A stretch of DNA of 64,000 bases from OCS155 cluster bacterium AG-333-G23 (GCA_003282445.1 QBZE01000004.1:14836-78835); one strand, 5' to 3'; positions 9,343-17,932 are shown, numbered from the stretch's first letter. A program made the numbers and translations. Notes: a model not told the origin generated them from the sequence alone.

Positions 9343-10719
9343 GTGAAAACAACTTTAGAAATTAACAGAACAAAAAGTATAAAACCATCAAGGAATGGCT
9401 TAAAATACTTCGTTAAAACTTTCGGTTGTCAAATGAATGAACATGACTCTGAACGCATTGCAGGATTGTTTGAACAAGATGGCATGATAAAAGCTAATTC
9501 AATTGATGATAGTGATATATTATTCGTTAATACTTGTACGATACGTGAAAACGCAGACGATAAACTATATGGGACTCTTGGACAGCTTAAAGTATGGAAA
9601 AATAATAATTTAAATCGAAAATTATTAGTTGGTGGATGCGCAGCTCAAAAAGATAAAGAACTTGTAAGAAACAAAGCTCCTTGGGTAGATGTTGTAATTG
9701 GGACACATAACCTTACTGATGTAGTTCATTTACTCAATCAATCAGAAGATTGGGGTCCAATAACTGAAGTAACAGACAGTATAGAAACTTTACCTACAGA
9801 AGCTCCATCTATCCGTGAATCTGAAGTTTCAGCTTTAGTAACTATTCAAATAGGTTGTGATAATTCATGCACATTCTGTATTGTCCCTAGCGTTAGAGGG
9901 CCCGAGATTAGTAGAAGACCATCAGATATATTAAATGAAGTAACAAATCTTGTTGAATCTGGTGTTAAAGAAATTACATTACTTGGCCAGAATGTTAATT
10001 CCTATGGAAGAGATTTAAAAATTAATGGGAAGTCAAAACCCTATTTCTCAGAATTACTTCATATTTTAAATGATGTAAAAGATTTAAAAAGAATACGCTT
10101 TACCTCTCCACATCCAAAAGATTTTAAAGAAATAACGTTAAATGCTGTAAATACTTTAGAAAAAGTTACAAAGCAAATTCATATTCCACTTCAAAGTGGA
10201 AGCAATCGGATATTACGTAGAATGCAACGAGGATATAATCAACAAAAGTTTATTGATAAAGTAGATTTAGCTATTAGATCAATAAATGATGTTTCTTTAA
10301 CGACCGATGTTATTGTTGGATTTCCTGGTGAAACTGATGAAGATTTTGAAGAGACTCTTTCTGTTCTTAAATACTCAAAATTTGATGCTGTATACATGTT
10401 TCAGTTTTCTCCAAGACCAGGCACAAAAGCTAACGAATATAAAGATGAGTTTATCAAAAAAGATGTTATTAGAGAAAGATTTATGAGGCTTAAAGAAATT
10501 CAAACTCAAATAAGTCATGATAGATATAAACGATTTATAGGAACAAAGCAGACATTACTAGTTGAAAACTATTCAAAAAAAACAAATGAGTTTATGTCCG
10601 GGAAAATAGATGGTGGTCAAACTACTCATATTCCATCAAAAGATATAAAGATTGGCGATTACGTTAATGTTTTGATAACTGAAGCTAGTCCTTTTGCTTT
10701 AAAATCTGAATTAATCTAA
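9343..10719 (+). CDS. miaB: tRNA-i6A37 methylthiotransferase MiaB
   Basis: UPF0004 N-domain (KTFGCQMNEHDSE), radical-SAM CDNSCTFC, C-terminal TRAM domain. GTG start. Confidence 0.9.
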   Translation: MKTTLEINRTKSIKPSRNGLKYFVKTFGCQMNEHDSERIAGLFEQDGMIKANSIDDSDILFVNTCTIRENADDKLYGTLGQLKVWKNNNLNRKLLVGGCAAQKDKELVRNKAPWVDVVIGTHNLTDVVHLLNQSEDWGPITEVTDSIETLPTEAPSIRESEVSALVTIQIGCDNSCTFCIVPSVRGPEISRRPSDILNEVTNLVESGVKEITLLGQNVNSYGRDLKINGKSKPYFSELLHILNDVKDLKRIRFTSPHPKDFKEITLNAVNTLEKVTKQIHIPLQSGSNRILRRMQRGYNQQKFIDKVDLAIRSINDVSLTTDVIVGFPGETDEDFEETLSVLKYSKFDAVYMFQFSPRPGTKANEYKDEFIKKDVIRERFMRLKEIQTQISHDRYKRFIGTKQTLLVENYSKKTNEFMSGKIDGGQTTHIPSKDIKIGDYVNVLITEASPFALKSELI

Positions 10720-10720
10720 A

Positions 10721-11545
10721 TTGCTATATTTTCTAACTGGTACGACGGCATCTGGTAAATCAGCTTTAGCTCACAAAATAGCAATAGAAAAAAACATTCC
10801 TATTCTTTCTTTAGACTCAATGGCAGTTTACAAAGGTTTAGATATATTAACTGCAAAACCTACTGAAGTTATGAGAACTGAAGTTATGTATTATGGTCTT
10901 GATATTGCAGATACAGATCAAAACTTTTCAGTTGTTGATTATTTGAATTATTTGATTGATAAAAATATACCAAAGTTATCTTTCGAACAAGACATCCTTG
11001 TAGTAGGTGGTACTGGATTATATTATAAATCAATGATTGATAGTTTTGAGTTTAGACCAACAGATCCTGCAATTAGAGCTGAACTTGAACAATTGAACTA
11101 TGAACAGTTATTAAAATTTCATGAGTTGCATGAAATTAAGTTACCTAATTCAGAATTAAATAAAAGAAGGCTTATAAGAAATATTGAAGATAGTATTTTA
11201 GAACAAAGTAAATATATATTCCCTCCAATAAATGTTAATGAAGAAACTGTAGGTATTTTTTGGAATAATCCTAAATATAAACAAAATATTAAATTAAGAA
11301 CAAAAGAAATGATTAATCAAGGTTTAATTTCTGAAATAAATAAAATAAATAAACCATCTAAAACAATTCTTCAAGCAATAGGAATGAATATAGATAAAGA
11401 TATAGAAGAAAACATTAATATTAAAACTATGAAACTTGCTAAAAAACAAATAACGTGGTTCAAAAAAGAAACTAGATTAAAAATGATAGAATCTGATGAT
11501 GATTCAATAATCTACGAAAACATGATGGAGTTAATTAATGATTAA
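10721..11545 (+). CDS. miaA: tRNA dimethylallyltransferase MiaA
   Basis: P-loop GTTASGKSALA; SLDSMAVYKGLDILTAKP. Conserved position after miaB. TTG start; short form (274 aa). Confidence 0.85.
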   Translation: MLYFLTGTTASGKSALAHKIAIEKNIPILSLDSMAVYKGLDILTAKPTEVMRTEVMYYGLDIADTDQNFSVVDYLNYLIDKNIPKLSFEQDILVVGGTGLYYKSMIDSFEFRPTDPAIRAELEQLNYEQLLKFHELHEIKLPNSELNKRRLIRNIEDSILEQSKYIFPPINVNEETVGIFWNNPKYKQNIKLRTKEMINQGLISEINKINKPSKTILQAIGMNIDKDIEENINIKTMKLAKKQITWFKKETRLKMIESDDDSIIYENMMELIND

Positions 11546-12272
11546 TCCTCAATACATGTCAGGTACCGGCAACACTTTTCTTGTTAGCGAATATGAAAAT
11601 ACTAAAACTGATATAGAGATTATATCAATAGTTGCCGATTCACTTTTTGACATTGATGGTGTAATCTTTGTAGAAAAAATAGATACTTTAACTGTAAAAA
11701 TGCATTATTACAATAGCGATGGTTCAACTGCAGAACTATGTGTCAATGGTATAAGATGTGTAGCTAAATATGCTCTAGATAATTCAATAATTGATAGTAA
11801 TGAAGTAACAGTCGTAGCTCCAATTGGAAACATAAAAACAAATATAAAAGAAAACACAGTATCAATAGAAGTATCAACTCCATCATACGAAGAAAATAAA
11901 TTACTTATAGATGGTCTTGAATGCATTAAATCTAATATAGGTAATCCACACTTACTTGTTGAAGTAGAAAATGTAGATAAATTTGATTTAGAAAAGTTTG
12001 TACAAAAAGTATATGAAACAAAAGAATTTGAAAACGGTGTAAATGTTGAAATATTTAATATGTTTGATAAAAAAATAATAAACGCACGAGTTTATGAAAG
12101 AGGGGTTGGAGAAACAGATGCTTGTGGATCAGGTGCTATTTGCATGTTTTATTACTTATATAATACAAATCAAGTAAACAATAATTCTTTAATTTTTTAT
12201 CCTGGTGGAGAGTTAGAAATGAGTATTAATGAAAAGAATGTAACACTTAGTGGTGAAGTTACATATCTCTAA
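11538..12272 (+). CDS. dapF: diaminopimelate epimerase
   Basis: Both catalytic Cys contexts are present (ELCVNGIRC, ETDACGSGA), plus GNPH. Conserved position after miaA. Confidence 0.85.
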   Translation: MINPQYMSGTGNTFLVSEYENTKTDIEIISIVADSLFDIDGVIFVEKIDTLTVKMHYYNSDGSTAELCVNGIRCVAKYALDNSIIDSNEVTVVAPIGNIKTNIKENTVSIEVSTPSYEENKLLIDGLECIKSNIGNPHLLVEVENVDKFDLEKFVQKVYETKEFENGVNVEIFNMFDKKIINARVYERGVGETDACGSGAICMFYYLYNTNQVNNNSLIFYPGGELEMSINEKNVTLSGEVTYL

Positions 12273-12846
12273 ATAAAGAAACTACCTTACCTATCTGTGT
12301 GATATTTTCATCTATTTCTATATTGTCATAGTTTTTATTTGCAGGAATCAAGTATCTTTTATCAGCAATAGTATCAACATATTTAACTGTTGCTTCTGTG
12401 TTGTGAATTAAAAAAGCTCCTATATCGCCATCAGCTGGAATCATAGATTTATCTATAACTACTAAATCGTCATTATATAGTCCAGCATCTATCATTGAGT
12501 CTCCATTAATTTTTAAAGCTATCAATTCTGTATTTATTTCATTTCCAAAATAAGGTAATTCACCTATATAATTTTCTTCAGCCATTAGTGGCTGTCCAGC
12601 TGATATTTCTCCAAGAATCGGAATACCATATTTCGAATCAACAGTTCTACTAGTTATAGATCGTGATATATTTTCCGATTTATTTAAAAATCCTAAATCT
12701 ATTAGTTTTTTTAAATGATATTGAACAGTACTTGTAGACTTTAAACCAACTGCTTCACAGATTTCTCTAACGGTAGGAGAGTACCCGTTACTTTTAATTG
12801 TTTTATCAATGTAATTAAGTATTTCTTCTTGTTTTTTGCTAACCAT
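12259..12846 (-). CDS. lexA: SOS repressor LexA
   Basis: N-terminal wHTH (SPTVREICEAVGLKSTSTVQYHL). S24 peptidase Ser (INGDSMIDAG) and Lys (ATVKYV). Its own SOS box lies upstream. Confidence 0.95.
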   Translation of the reverse strand: MVSKKQEEILNYIDKTIKSNGYSPTVREICEAVGLKSTSTVQYHLKKLIDLGFLNKSENISRSITSRTVDSKYGIPILGEISAGQPLMAEENYIGELPYFGNEINTELIALKINGDSMIDAGLYNDDLVVIDKSMIPADGDIGAFLIHNTEATVKYVDTIADKRYLIPANKNYDNIEIDENITQIGKVVSLFRDM

Positions 12847-12857
12847 ATTTCATATAA

Positions 12858-12873
12858 TAGCACATATGTTCGA
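12858..12873 (-). promoter_or_regulatory. LexA (SOS) box in the lexA / small-ORF divergent region
   Basis: The - strand reads TCGAAC-ATAT-GTGCTA, one mismatch from the actinobacterial-type palindrome TCGAAC-N4-GTTCGA. It lies 12-27 nt upstream of the lexA ATG and 36-51 nt upstream of ORF 12909. Confidence 0.7.
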
Positions 12874-12908
12874 CAAAAAATGTCATAGTAAATATTTATA
12901 TTTAAATT

Positions 12909-13079
12909 ATGAAAGAAAATGTAATTATTGTTGTTTTTGTATTGATCTTTTCTTTAAGTTCGAACAATTTTTTAAACAAAGTTATTAAAAACCCAATAAA
13001 TAAGGAAGTAGCTACAATAAACATTGCTATTGCTGATAATTTATGGGATTATTTTTCTAGATTTTCCGTAAATAATTAA
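12909..13079 (+). CDS. unannotated 56-aa membrane protein (N-terminal TM plus LysM-like fragment), divergent from lexA
   Basis: ATG..TAA ORF read by hand and absent from the ORF track: MKENVIIVVFVLIFSLSSNNFLNKVIKNPINKEVATINIAIADNLWDYFSRFSVNN. It has one hydrophobic helix and an ADNLWDYFSRF segment resembling the GDTLWxIAxxY core of LysM. Confidence 0.45.
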   Translation: MKENVIIVVFVLIFSLSSNNFLNKVIKNPINKEVATINIAIADNLWDYFSRFSVNN

Positions 13080-13124
13080 ATTTTATTTGGTTAATAGATT
13101 TGTGAAATCTAAAATACACTATAT

Positions 13125-13562
13125 ATGGTATGCCCATTTGGTGGAAATGATTGTGTAACTAGTGTAATTGACTCTAGAAAAAATAACGAAGGTATACGCA
13201 GAAGAAGAGAATGCTCTACGTGTGGACAACGTTTTACGACATATGAAAAAGCAGATATAAATCTAATGGTTCTAAAAAACAGTGGCGAAATTGAAGAATT
13301 TAGTTATGAAAAATTATATCAAGGCATAGAAAATGCTTTTGGAGGCATTGACATTAGTGCTAAAAAGCTAAAAACGCTTGTAGATAATGTGCATAAAGAA
13401 ATTAAATCACACGGAAAAAAAGTAAAATCAAAAGTTATTGGGGAGACTGTTCTTAGTCATCTAAAAGGAATCAACGAAGTCGCTTATTTAAGGTTTGCTT
13501 CCGTATATAAAGAATTTTCAGATGTAACCGACTTTGAAAAAGAAGCTGCAGAATTTAACTAA
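13125..13562 (+). CDS. nrdR: transcriptional repressor NrdR
   Basis: VIDSR...RRRRECSTCGQRFTTYE zinc ribbon plus ATP-cone. Conserved neighbour of lexA. Confidence 0.9.
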   Translation: MVCPFGGNDCVTSVIDSRKNNEGIRRRRECSTCGQRFTTYEKADINLMVLKNSGEIEEFSYEKLYQGIENAFGGIDISAKKLKTLVDNVHKEIKSHGKKVKSKVIGETVLSHLKGINEVAYLRFASVYKEFSDVTDFEKEAAEFN

Positions 13563-14617
13563 GGTAAAGTATCTAAACTATTGTATAGATTAGTCTTATT
13601 TATTTTAAATACTTCCAGTGCATCATTAAAACTATTTTGCTCTATTTCTTTGTTCATATTAATTGCTATCAAAAGTGCATTTGATACATCAGTCTCATTA
13701 TTTCTTAATGAAGCAATTAATCTTCCGTGTAAATCTTCAGCAGATTTAAGTGTTTCACTTACAAGGAGTGTATGATTTGTAAATTCATTAATTTCTGGTA
13801 ATTTTTCATAATTCAATTTACTTGTAGCTGAAATTTCAGATAACTGATTCGATAACAGATCTATATCTAATTCATCTGAGATAATTAGTAAATCTTCGTA
13901 TATTAGAATTTCAGATAATAAAATTCTATAACTAATTAATTTATCAAGATCGTTAACTAATGTGAAAACATTATTTAAATTGTTATTTAAATTATTGTTA
14001 ACATCTAGATCATCTCTGTTTTGAAGATTTCTTTGATATTCCATGATAGTTGATTCAATTAATTGTAAGTTTGCGCTTGAATTTGATACATCATATTTAG
14101 AATAAAAATTATCAGTAGAGATTGTAATAATTTCCGGGAGTGTATTTATTAATTCATTAGATTCTTTTGTTAATGTTTCATAAAGATTAATTATTTCATT
14201 CTGTCTATTTCTGTTACTAATAAATATTCCAGTAGCTGAAACAATTAAAAATATTGTTGCTGTAATTAGAACTGCAGGAACTACCCATTGTCTTCTGCTT
14301 TCAATGTCTGTCCATATTTTCTTTATTTGAGATGTAATATTAATAGGTTCAAAAGTGTTGGTCGAAGCCTGCTCTATTGACGTCTCTTGTTCTAATTCTG
14401 ATTCTAATAAAGGATAGAATTCTGTATTATTTTGATGATCAATTAAGATTTCCTCACTTTCAATGTCAGATGTTATTAAATTTTCATTAATTTCCTTTAC
14501 AATTTCTGGCGAATGACTTAAGTCAGCATTTGTATCAAATCCTAAAATATCTAAAATTCTTATCTTATTTGGACTTTTAGCTTTATTTATAAAAATAAAA
14601 TCTCTAATATTCATCAT
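13559..14617 (-). CDS. hypothetical single-pass membrane protein (no family recognised)
   Basis: 352-aa ORF with one TM segment (WVVPAVLITATIFLIVSATGIFI). Flanking regions are acidic and Asn/Leu/Ile-rich, predicted helical. Confidence 0.6.
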   Translation of the reverse strand: MMNIRDFIFINKAKSPNKIRILDILGFDTNADLSHSPEIVKEINENLITSDIESEEILIDHQNNTEFYPLLESELEQETSIEQASTNTFEPINITSQIKKIWTDIESRRQWVVPAVLITATIFLIVSATGIFISNRNRQNEIINLYETLTKESNELINTLPEIITISTDNFYSKYDVSNSSANLQLIESTIMEYQRNLQNRDDLDVNNNLNNNLNNVFTLVNDLDKLISYRILLSEILIYEDLLIISDELDIDLLSNQLSEISATSKLNYEKLPEINEFTNHTLLVSETLKSAEDLHGRLIASLRNNETDVSNALLIAINMNKEIEQNSFNDALEVFKINKTNLYNSLDTLP

Positions 14618-14630
14618 TGAAAGGTTAGCA

Positions 14631-15068
14631 TTGAATAAAAATTTTGATATTAATATTGTACTACTTAATGAAAATGCACAACTTCCATCTAAACAACATG
14701 AATTAGATATAGGTTATGATGTATATTCATCAAAAAAATACGAACTTTTACCAAAAAAAGTAACTTTTATTGAAACGGGCATTTCAATTCAGCTACCGGC
14801 TGGGTGTGGTGGATTTATTTTGCCTCGCTCGGGCTTAGCTTCTAAATATAGTATTACATCAATTAACTCTCCTGGATTAATTGATCCTGGATATACAGGA
14901 GAAATCAAAGTCCCTTTAATTAATCACTCAGATGAAGTTTATAATATGAAAATAAATGAACGATTTGCACAATTAGTTTTAATAAATGTTAATAATGTAG
15001 AATTTAAAATTGTGAAAAAATTAGATGAATCAATTAGATCTGATAAAGGTTTTGGTTCAACAGGTTAA
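14631..15068 (+). CDS. dut: dUTP diphosphatase
   Basis: dUTPase motifs PRSGLA, GLIDPGYTGE and C-terminal RSDKGFGSTG. TTG start. Confidence 0.92.
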   Translation: MNKNFDINIVLLNENAQLPSKQHELDIGYDVYSSKKYELLPKKVTFIETGISIQLPAGCGGFILPRSGLASKYSITSINSPGLIDPGYTGEIKVPLINHSDEVYNMKINERFAQLVLINVNNVEFKIVKKLDESIRSDKGFGSTG

Positions 15069-15114
15069 ATCTTCAATTCCAATATAAAGAATTTAGCAGT
15101 AATATTAGATAATT

Positions 15115-15187
15115 GCGGAAGTAGCTCAGTTGGTAGAGCGCAACCTTGCCAAGGTTGAGGCCGCGGGTTCGAATCCCGTCTTCCGCT
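15115..15187 (+). tRNA. tRNA-Gly (GCC)
   Basis: Cloverleaf folded by hand: acceptor GCGGAAG/CTTCCGC, anticodon arm CAACC-TTGCCAA-GGTTG, T-arm GCGGG-TTCGAAT-CCCGT. 73 nt. Confidence 0.9.
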
Positions 15188-15190
15188 CAT

Positions 15191-15261
15191 GGCGACGTGG
15201 CGGAGTGGCTACGCAGCGGTCTGCAAAACCGTTTACACGAGTTCGATTCTCGTCGTCGCCT
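15191..15261 (+). tRNA. tRNA-Cys (GCA)
   Basis: Acceptor GGCGACG/CGTCGCC, anticodon arm GCGGT-CTGCAAA-ACCGT, T-loop TTCGATT. 71 nt. Confidence 0.9.
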
Positions 15262-15268
15262 CAAAGAA

Positions 15269-15940
15269 ATGATAGCTATTACTGGATCTGGTGAGTTTTT
15301 ACCTGGTATTAAAAATGCAGATAAATCATTATTTAGTACTATTGATAATCCCTACGTTTTAAGTTTTTCAACAGCAGCAGGGAAAGAAAGCATTGAAAGG
15401 CAAGAATACTGGAAAAATCTTGCAGTAAATCATTTTAAGTCATTAGGTTTACGTCATAAACATATTGAAGCAAAAAATAAAAATGAAATTGATAATAAGC
15501 ATGTAATAGATGAAATGTCTAAGGCAAATATTGTATATTTTTCAGGTGGCAACCCACAACATTTAATTAATTCAATTTCAGCAAAAAATTTTATGAATGA
15601 ATTAATACGTATAAAAAAAATTGGAATTCTTGCTGGTTGCAGTGCTGGTGCAATGATAATGGGTGAAAAAATGATAAAAGGTACCGGTTTAAATTTTATT
15701 AAAAATTCAATTATTATTCCACACTATGGAGAAAGTTATTATTCATGGATTTCAAATACAGTAAAACTTCTTAATAAAGGAAAATATAAACTTATTTGCT
15801 TAGAAAAAGATACATACTTTACAATTACTGAATCAAATATAAAAATAATTGGTGACAATAATATTCATATTATCTATAAAAATAATCAGACAACATATTC
15901 TGATGGTGACATATTAGATTTATCAATATTAGAATTATAA
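15269..15940 (+). CDS. peptidase S51 / class-I glutamine-amidotransferase-like protein (dipeptidase E / cyanophycinase family)
   Basis: YFSGGNPQHL and nucleophile elbow LAGCSAGAMIMG. The ORF-track start 15146 runs through two tRNAs, so the first plausible ATG is 15269. Confidence 0.75.
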   Translation: MIAITGSGEFLPGIKNADKSLFSTIDNPYVLSFSTAAGKESIERQEYWKNLAVNHFKSLGLRHKHIEAKNKNEIDNKHVIDEMSKANIVYFSGGNPQHLINSISAKNFMNELIRIKKIGILAGCSAGAMIMGEKMIKGTGLNFIKNSIIIPHYGESYYSWISNTVKLLNKGKYKLICLEKDTYFTITESNIKIIGDNNIHIIYKNNQTTYSDGDILDLSILEL

Positions 15941-15943
15941 GAA

Positions 15944-16588
15944 ATGTGTGGCAGGTACTATTTAGAAATTTCAAAAGAGGATATGTCTTTTGTAGGTAAT
16001 ATTGATAGCTTTGAATATAAAACTAATTACAATATCTCTCCACAGACAACTGTGCCTGCAATTATTAATAATGAATTATTAAATACTACATGGGGATATT
16101 TTCCTAGCTGGCTTAAAGAACAAGACAATTCAAGACCACTGTTTAATTCAAGATATGAAAGTTTGTTAGAAAAGAAAACTTTTACTTCAGCCTTTAGAAA
16201 TAATAGATGTTTAATTCCACTTTCTGGTTGGTACGAGTGGAGAACTGAAAATGAATCTAGACAACCTTATTTTTTTCATAATAAATACAATCTTCAGATA
16301 TTTACCGCTGGTCTTTTTTGGAAAAGATCTAATGGAGACATTGAAACTTCAATTATAACTACGGAAGCTGATTCACCACTTGATACTATTCATAACAGAT
16401 CTCCTTTAATTCTTAATACATCTCAAATTGAAAGTTGGTTATCTGATAAAGAAGTAGATTTAATATACGAGGACATAAAAAATGTTAACTATGAAGATAT
16501 TTTATTCCATAAAGTGGATAAAGCAGTAAATAATACAAAAAATACAAATGCTTCTCTAATTAAAAAATTTGAGGAAGTTCCATTTTAA
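15944..16588 (+). CDS. SOS-response-associated peptidase (SRAP/YedK family, abasic-site processing)
   Basis: N-terminal MCGRY (Cys2 nucleophile), SGWYEW, TIHNRSPLIL. Confidence 0.88.
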   Translation: MCGRYYLEISKEDMSFVGNIDSFEYKTNYNISPQTTVPAIINNELLNTTWGYFPSWLKEQDNSRPLFNSRYESLLEKKTFTSAFRNNRCLIPLSGWYEWRTENESRQPYFFHNKYNLQIFTAGLFWKRSNGDIETSIITTEADSPLDTIHNRSPLILNTSQIESWLSDKEVDLIYEDIKNVNYEDILFHKVDKAVNNTKNTNASLIKKFEEVPF

Positions 16589-16791
16589 TGAACTCACAAT
16601 CACCTATATACTCCTTAAAATTTACAATTGCATGGATATTTATTTATATTCTTCTAATAATTATGTTATTACAAATATTAAATTTTTTTATTTCTATTTA
16701 TTTAGGGTTATGGATACTTAATTTATTAATAGAAATAGTTGAAAGATTATTCCTTAGATTTGGAAAAAGAATAATTACCGTTGAAAATTAA
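16588..16791 (+). CDS. small hydrophobic protein (two predicted TM helices)
   Basis: 67-aa ORF whose ATG overlaps the SRAP stop (TAATG). The sequence is almost entirely hydrophobic. Confidence 0.5.
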   Translation: MNSQSPIYSLKFTIAWIFIYILLIIMLLQILNFFISIYLGLWILNLLIEIVERLFLRFGKRIITVEN

Positions 16792-16830
16792 TTATTTTTA
16801 GATTTAACTATTAAAGTAAGATTTAATGAC

Positions 16831-16904
16831 GGGAGATTAGCTCAGTCTGGCAGAGCACTTGCTCGACAAGCAAGGGGTCACAAGTTCAAATCTTGTATCT
16901 CCCA
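16831..16904 (+). tRNA. tRNA-Val (GAC)
   Basis: Acceptor GGGAGAT/ATCTCCC, anticodon arm CTTGC-TCGACAA-GCAAG, T-arm ACAAG-TTCAAAT-CTTGT. 74 nt. Note C at position 33. Confidence 0.85.
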
Positions 16905-16912
16905 CAAATATT

Positions 16913-17794
16913 ATGAATAAAGAATTAAGATCAGCACTAACATCTATAGTTTTTCTATTTTGTATATTCTTACTTTCCTTTTTAGGGTCTAATGTAGTCT
17001 CAACTATTCAATCAATTAACAGTTTTGCTTTTCTATTACTCTTATCCGTGATAATTCAAGTAATATTTTTTATTCCATCCTTTATTCTAAAAACTGAAAA
17101 GTTATATGACTTGATAGGAAGTACAACATATATAATCGTTATCACCATTGCTTATTTATCTGTAAATACTAAAACTGCAACTGATACAATCTTATTTCTA
17201 TTTGTTGTTTTATGGGGAACAAGACTCGGTACATATCTTTTTAGAAGAATTCAGAGAGATAGTGAAGATGTTCGTTTTGAAAAAGCAAAAAGAAACTTTT
17301 TTTGGTTTCTTCAATATTGGATGGGTCAAGCATTATGGGTTTCAATAACTTCATGTGCAGCTGTAATATCTATCTTAAATACCGAACCAAATACTTTAGG
17401 CATAAATGGAATAATAGGTATTTTAATATGGTTAATTGGATTCAGTTTCGAAGTAATTGCTGATTTTCAAAAAAATAATTTTAAAAAAGCTGAGAACACC
17501 AATGATAAATTTATATCAGATGGACTCTGGTCTATTTCAAGACATCCAAATTATTTTGGGGAAATTACTTTATGGATTGGTATTTATATTATTTCGTACA
17601 CTTCATTTAGCGGTTATGAATATCTGAGCATTGTCTCTCCAATATTTGTCTACATTCTTTTAACAAGAATGAGTGGTATAAATATGTTAGAAAAAATAGC
17701 AGATGAAAGATATGGAAATATAAATAGTTATATTGAATACAAAAACAATACCCCAATTCTTATACCCAATATTTTTAAATTGTTTAATAAGTAA
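16913..17794 (+). CDS. DUF1295 / steroid-5-alpha-reductase-like membrane protein
   Basis: Polytopic membrane protein with C-terminal SRHPNYFGE motif. The ORF-track start 16859 lies inside the tRNA-Val; the first ATG after the tRNA is 16913. Confidence 0.75.
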   Translation: MNKELRSALTSIVFLFCIFLLSFLGSNVVSTIQSINSFAFLLLLSVIIQVIFFIPSFILKTEKLYDLIGSTTYIIVITIAYLSVNTKTATDTILFLFVVLWGTRLGTYLFRRIQRDSEDVRFEKAKRNFFWFLQYWMGQALWVSITSCAAVISILNTEPNTLGINGIIGILIWLIGFSFEVIADFQKNNFKKAENTNDKFISDGLWSISRHPNYFGEITLWIGIYIISYTSFSGYEYLSIVSPIFVYILLTRMSGINMLEKIADERYGNINSYIEYKNNTPILIPNIFKLFNK

Positions 17795-17932
17795 TGCTAA
17801 GAAAAATTGGACTCTTTTTTGGGTTTCATATCAGTTATGGTCGTATATTTATAACAAGAAGGTTAGAAAGTATAATATGGCTGGGAATCATTTTTTATTC
17901 CACTTATAATTATGTTAAATAAAAGGATCTAA

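Noticed and set aside
12958-12965. Palindrome GTTCGAAC inside the small ORF, considered as a further LexA site.
   Set aside because: It contains the half-site sequences in the wrong arrangement, with no N4 spacer, so it does not fit GAAC-N4-GTTC.
13116-13131. NrdR-box-like sequence ACACTATATATGGTAT overlapping the nrdR start codon.
   Set aside because: It matches about 14 of 16 positions of the NrdR-box consensus as I remember it. However, it is a single copy (functional boxes usually come in pairs about 31 bp apart), it overlaps the ATG, and TATATA-rich strings are expected by chance in this composition.
13971-14005. Short 12-nt periodicity (TTATTTAAATTG x ~2.5) considered as a repeat element.
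   Set aside because: It is the coding sequence for the NNNLNNNLNN low-complexity stretch of the 352-aa ORF. It is too short and imperfect to call a repeat.
15146-15268. N-terminal extensions of ORF-track ORFs 15146..15940 and 16859..17794.
   Set aside because: The extensions are translations of the tRNA-Gly/Cys and tRNA-Val genes (GC-rich, Arg/Pro-rich). The real starts were moved to the first ATG after the tRNAs (15269 and 16913).
17795-17932. 138-bp spacer upstream of the first esterase, inspected for a riboswitch, sRNA or promoter (TTATAA-N16-TATAAT).
   Set aside because: There is no convincing secondary structure or GC-rich conserved core. A -35/-10-like pair is expected by chance in ~70% AT DNA.
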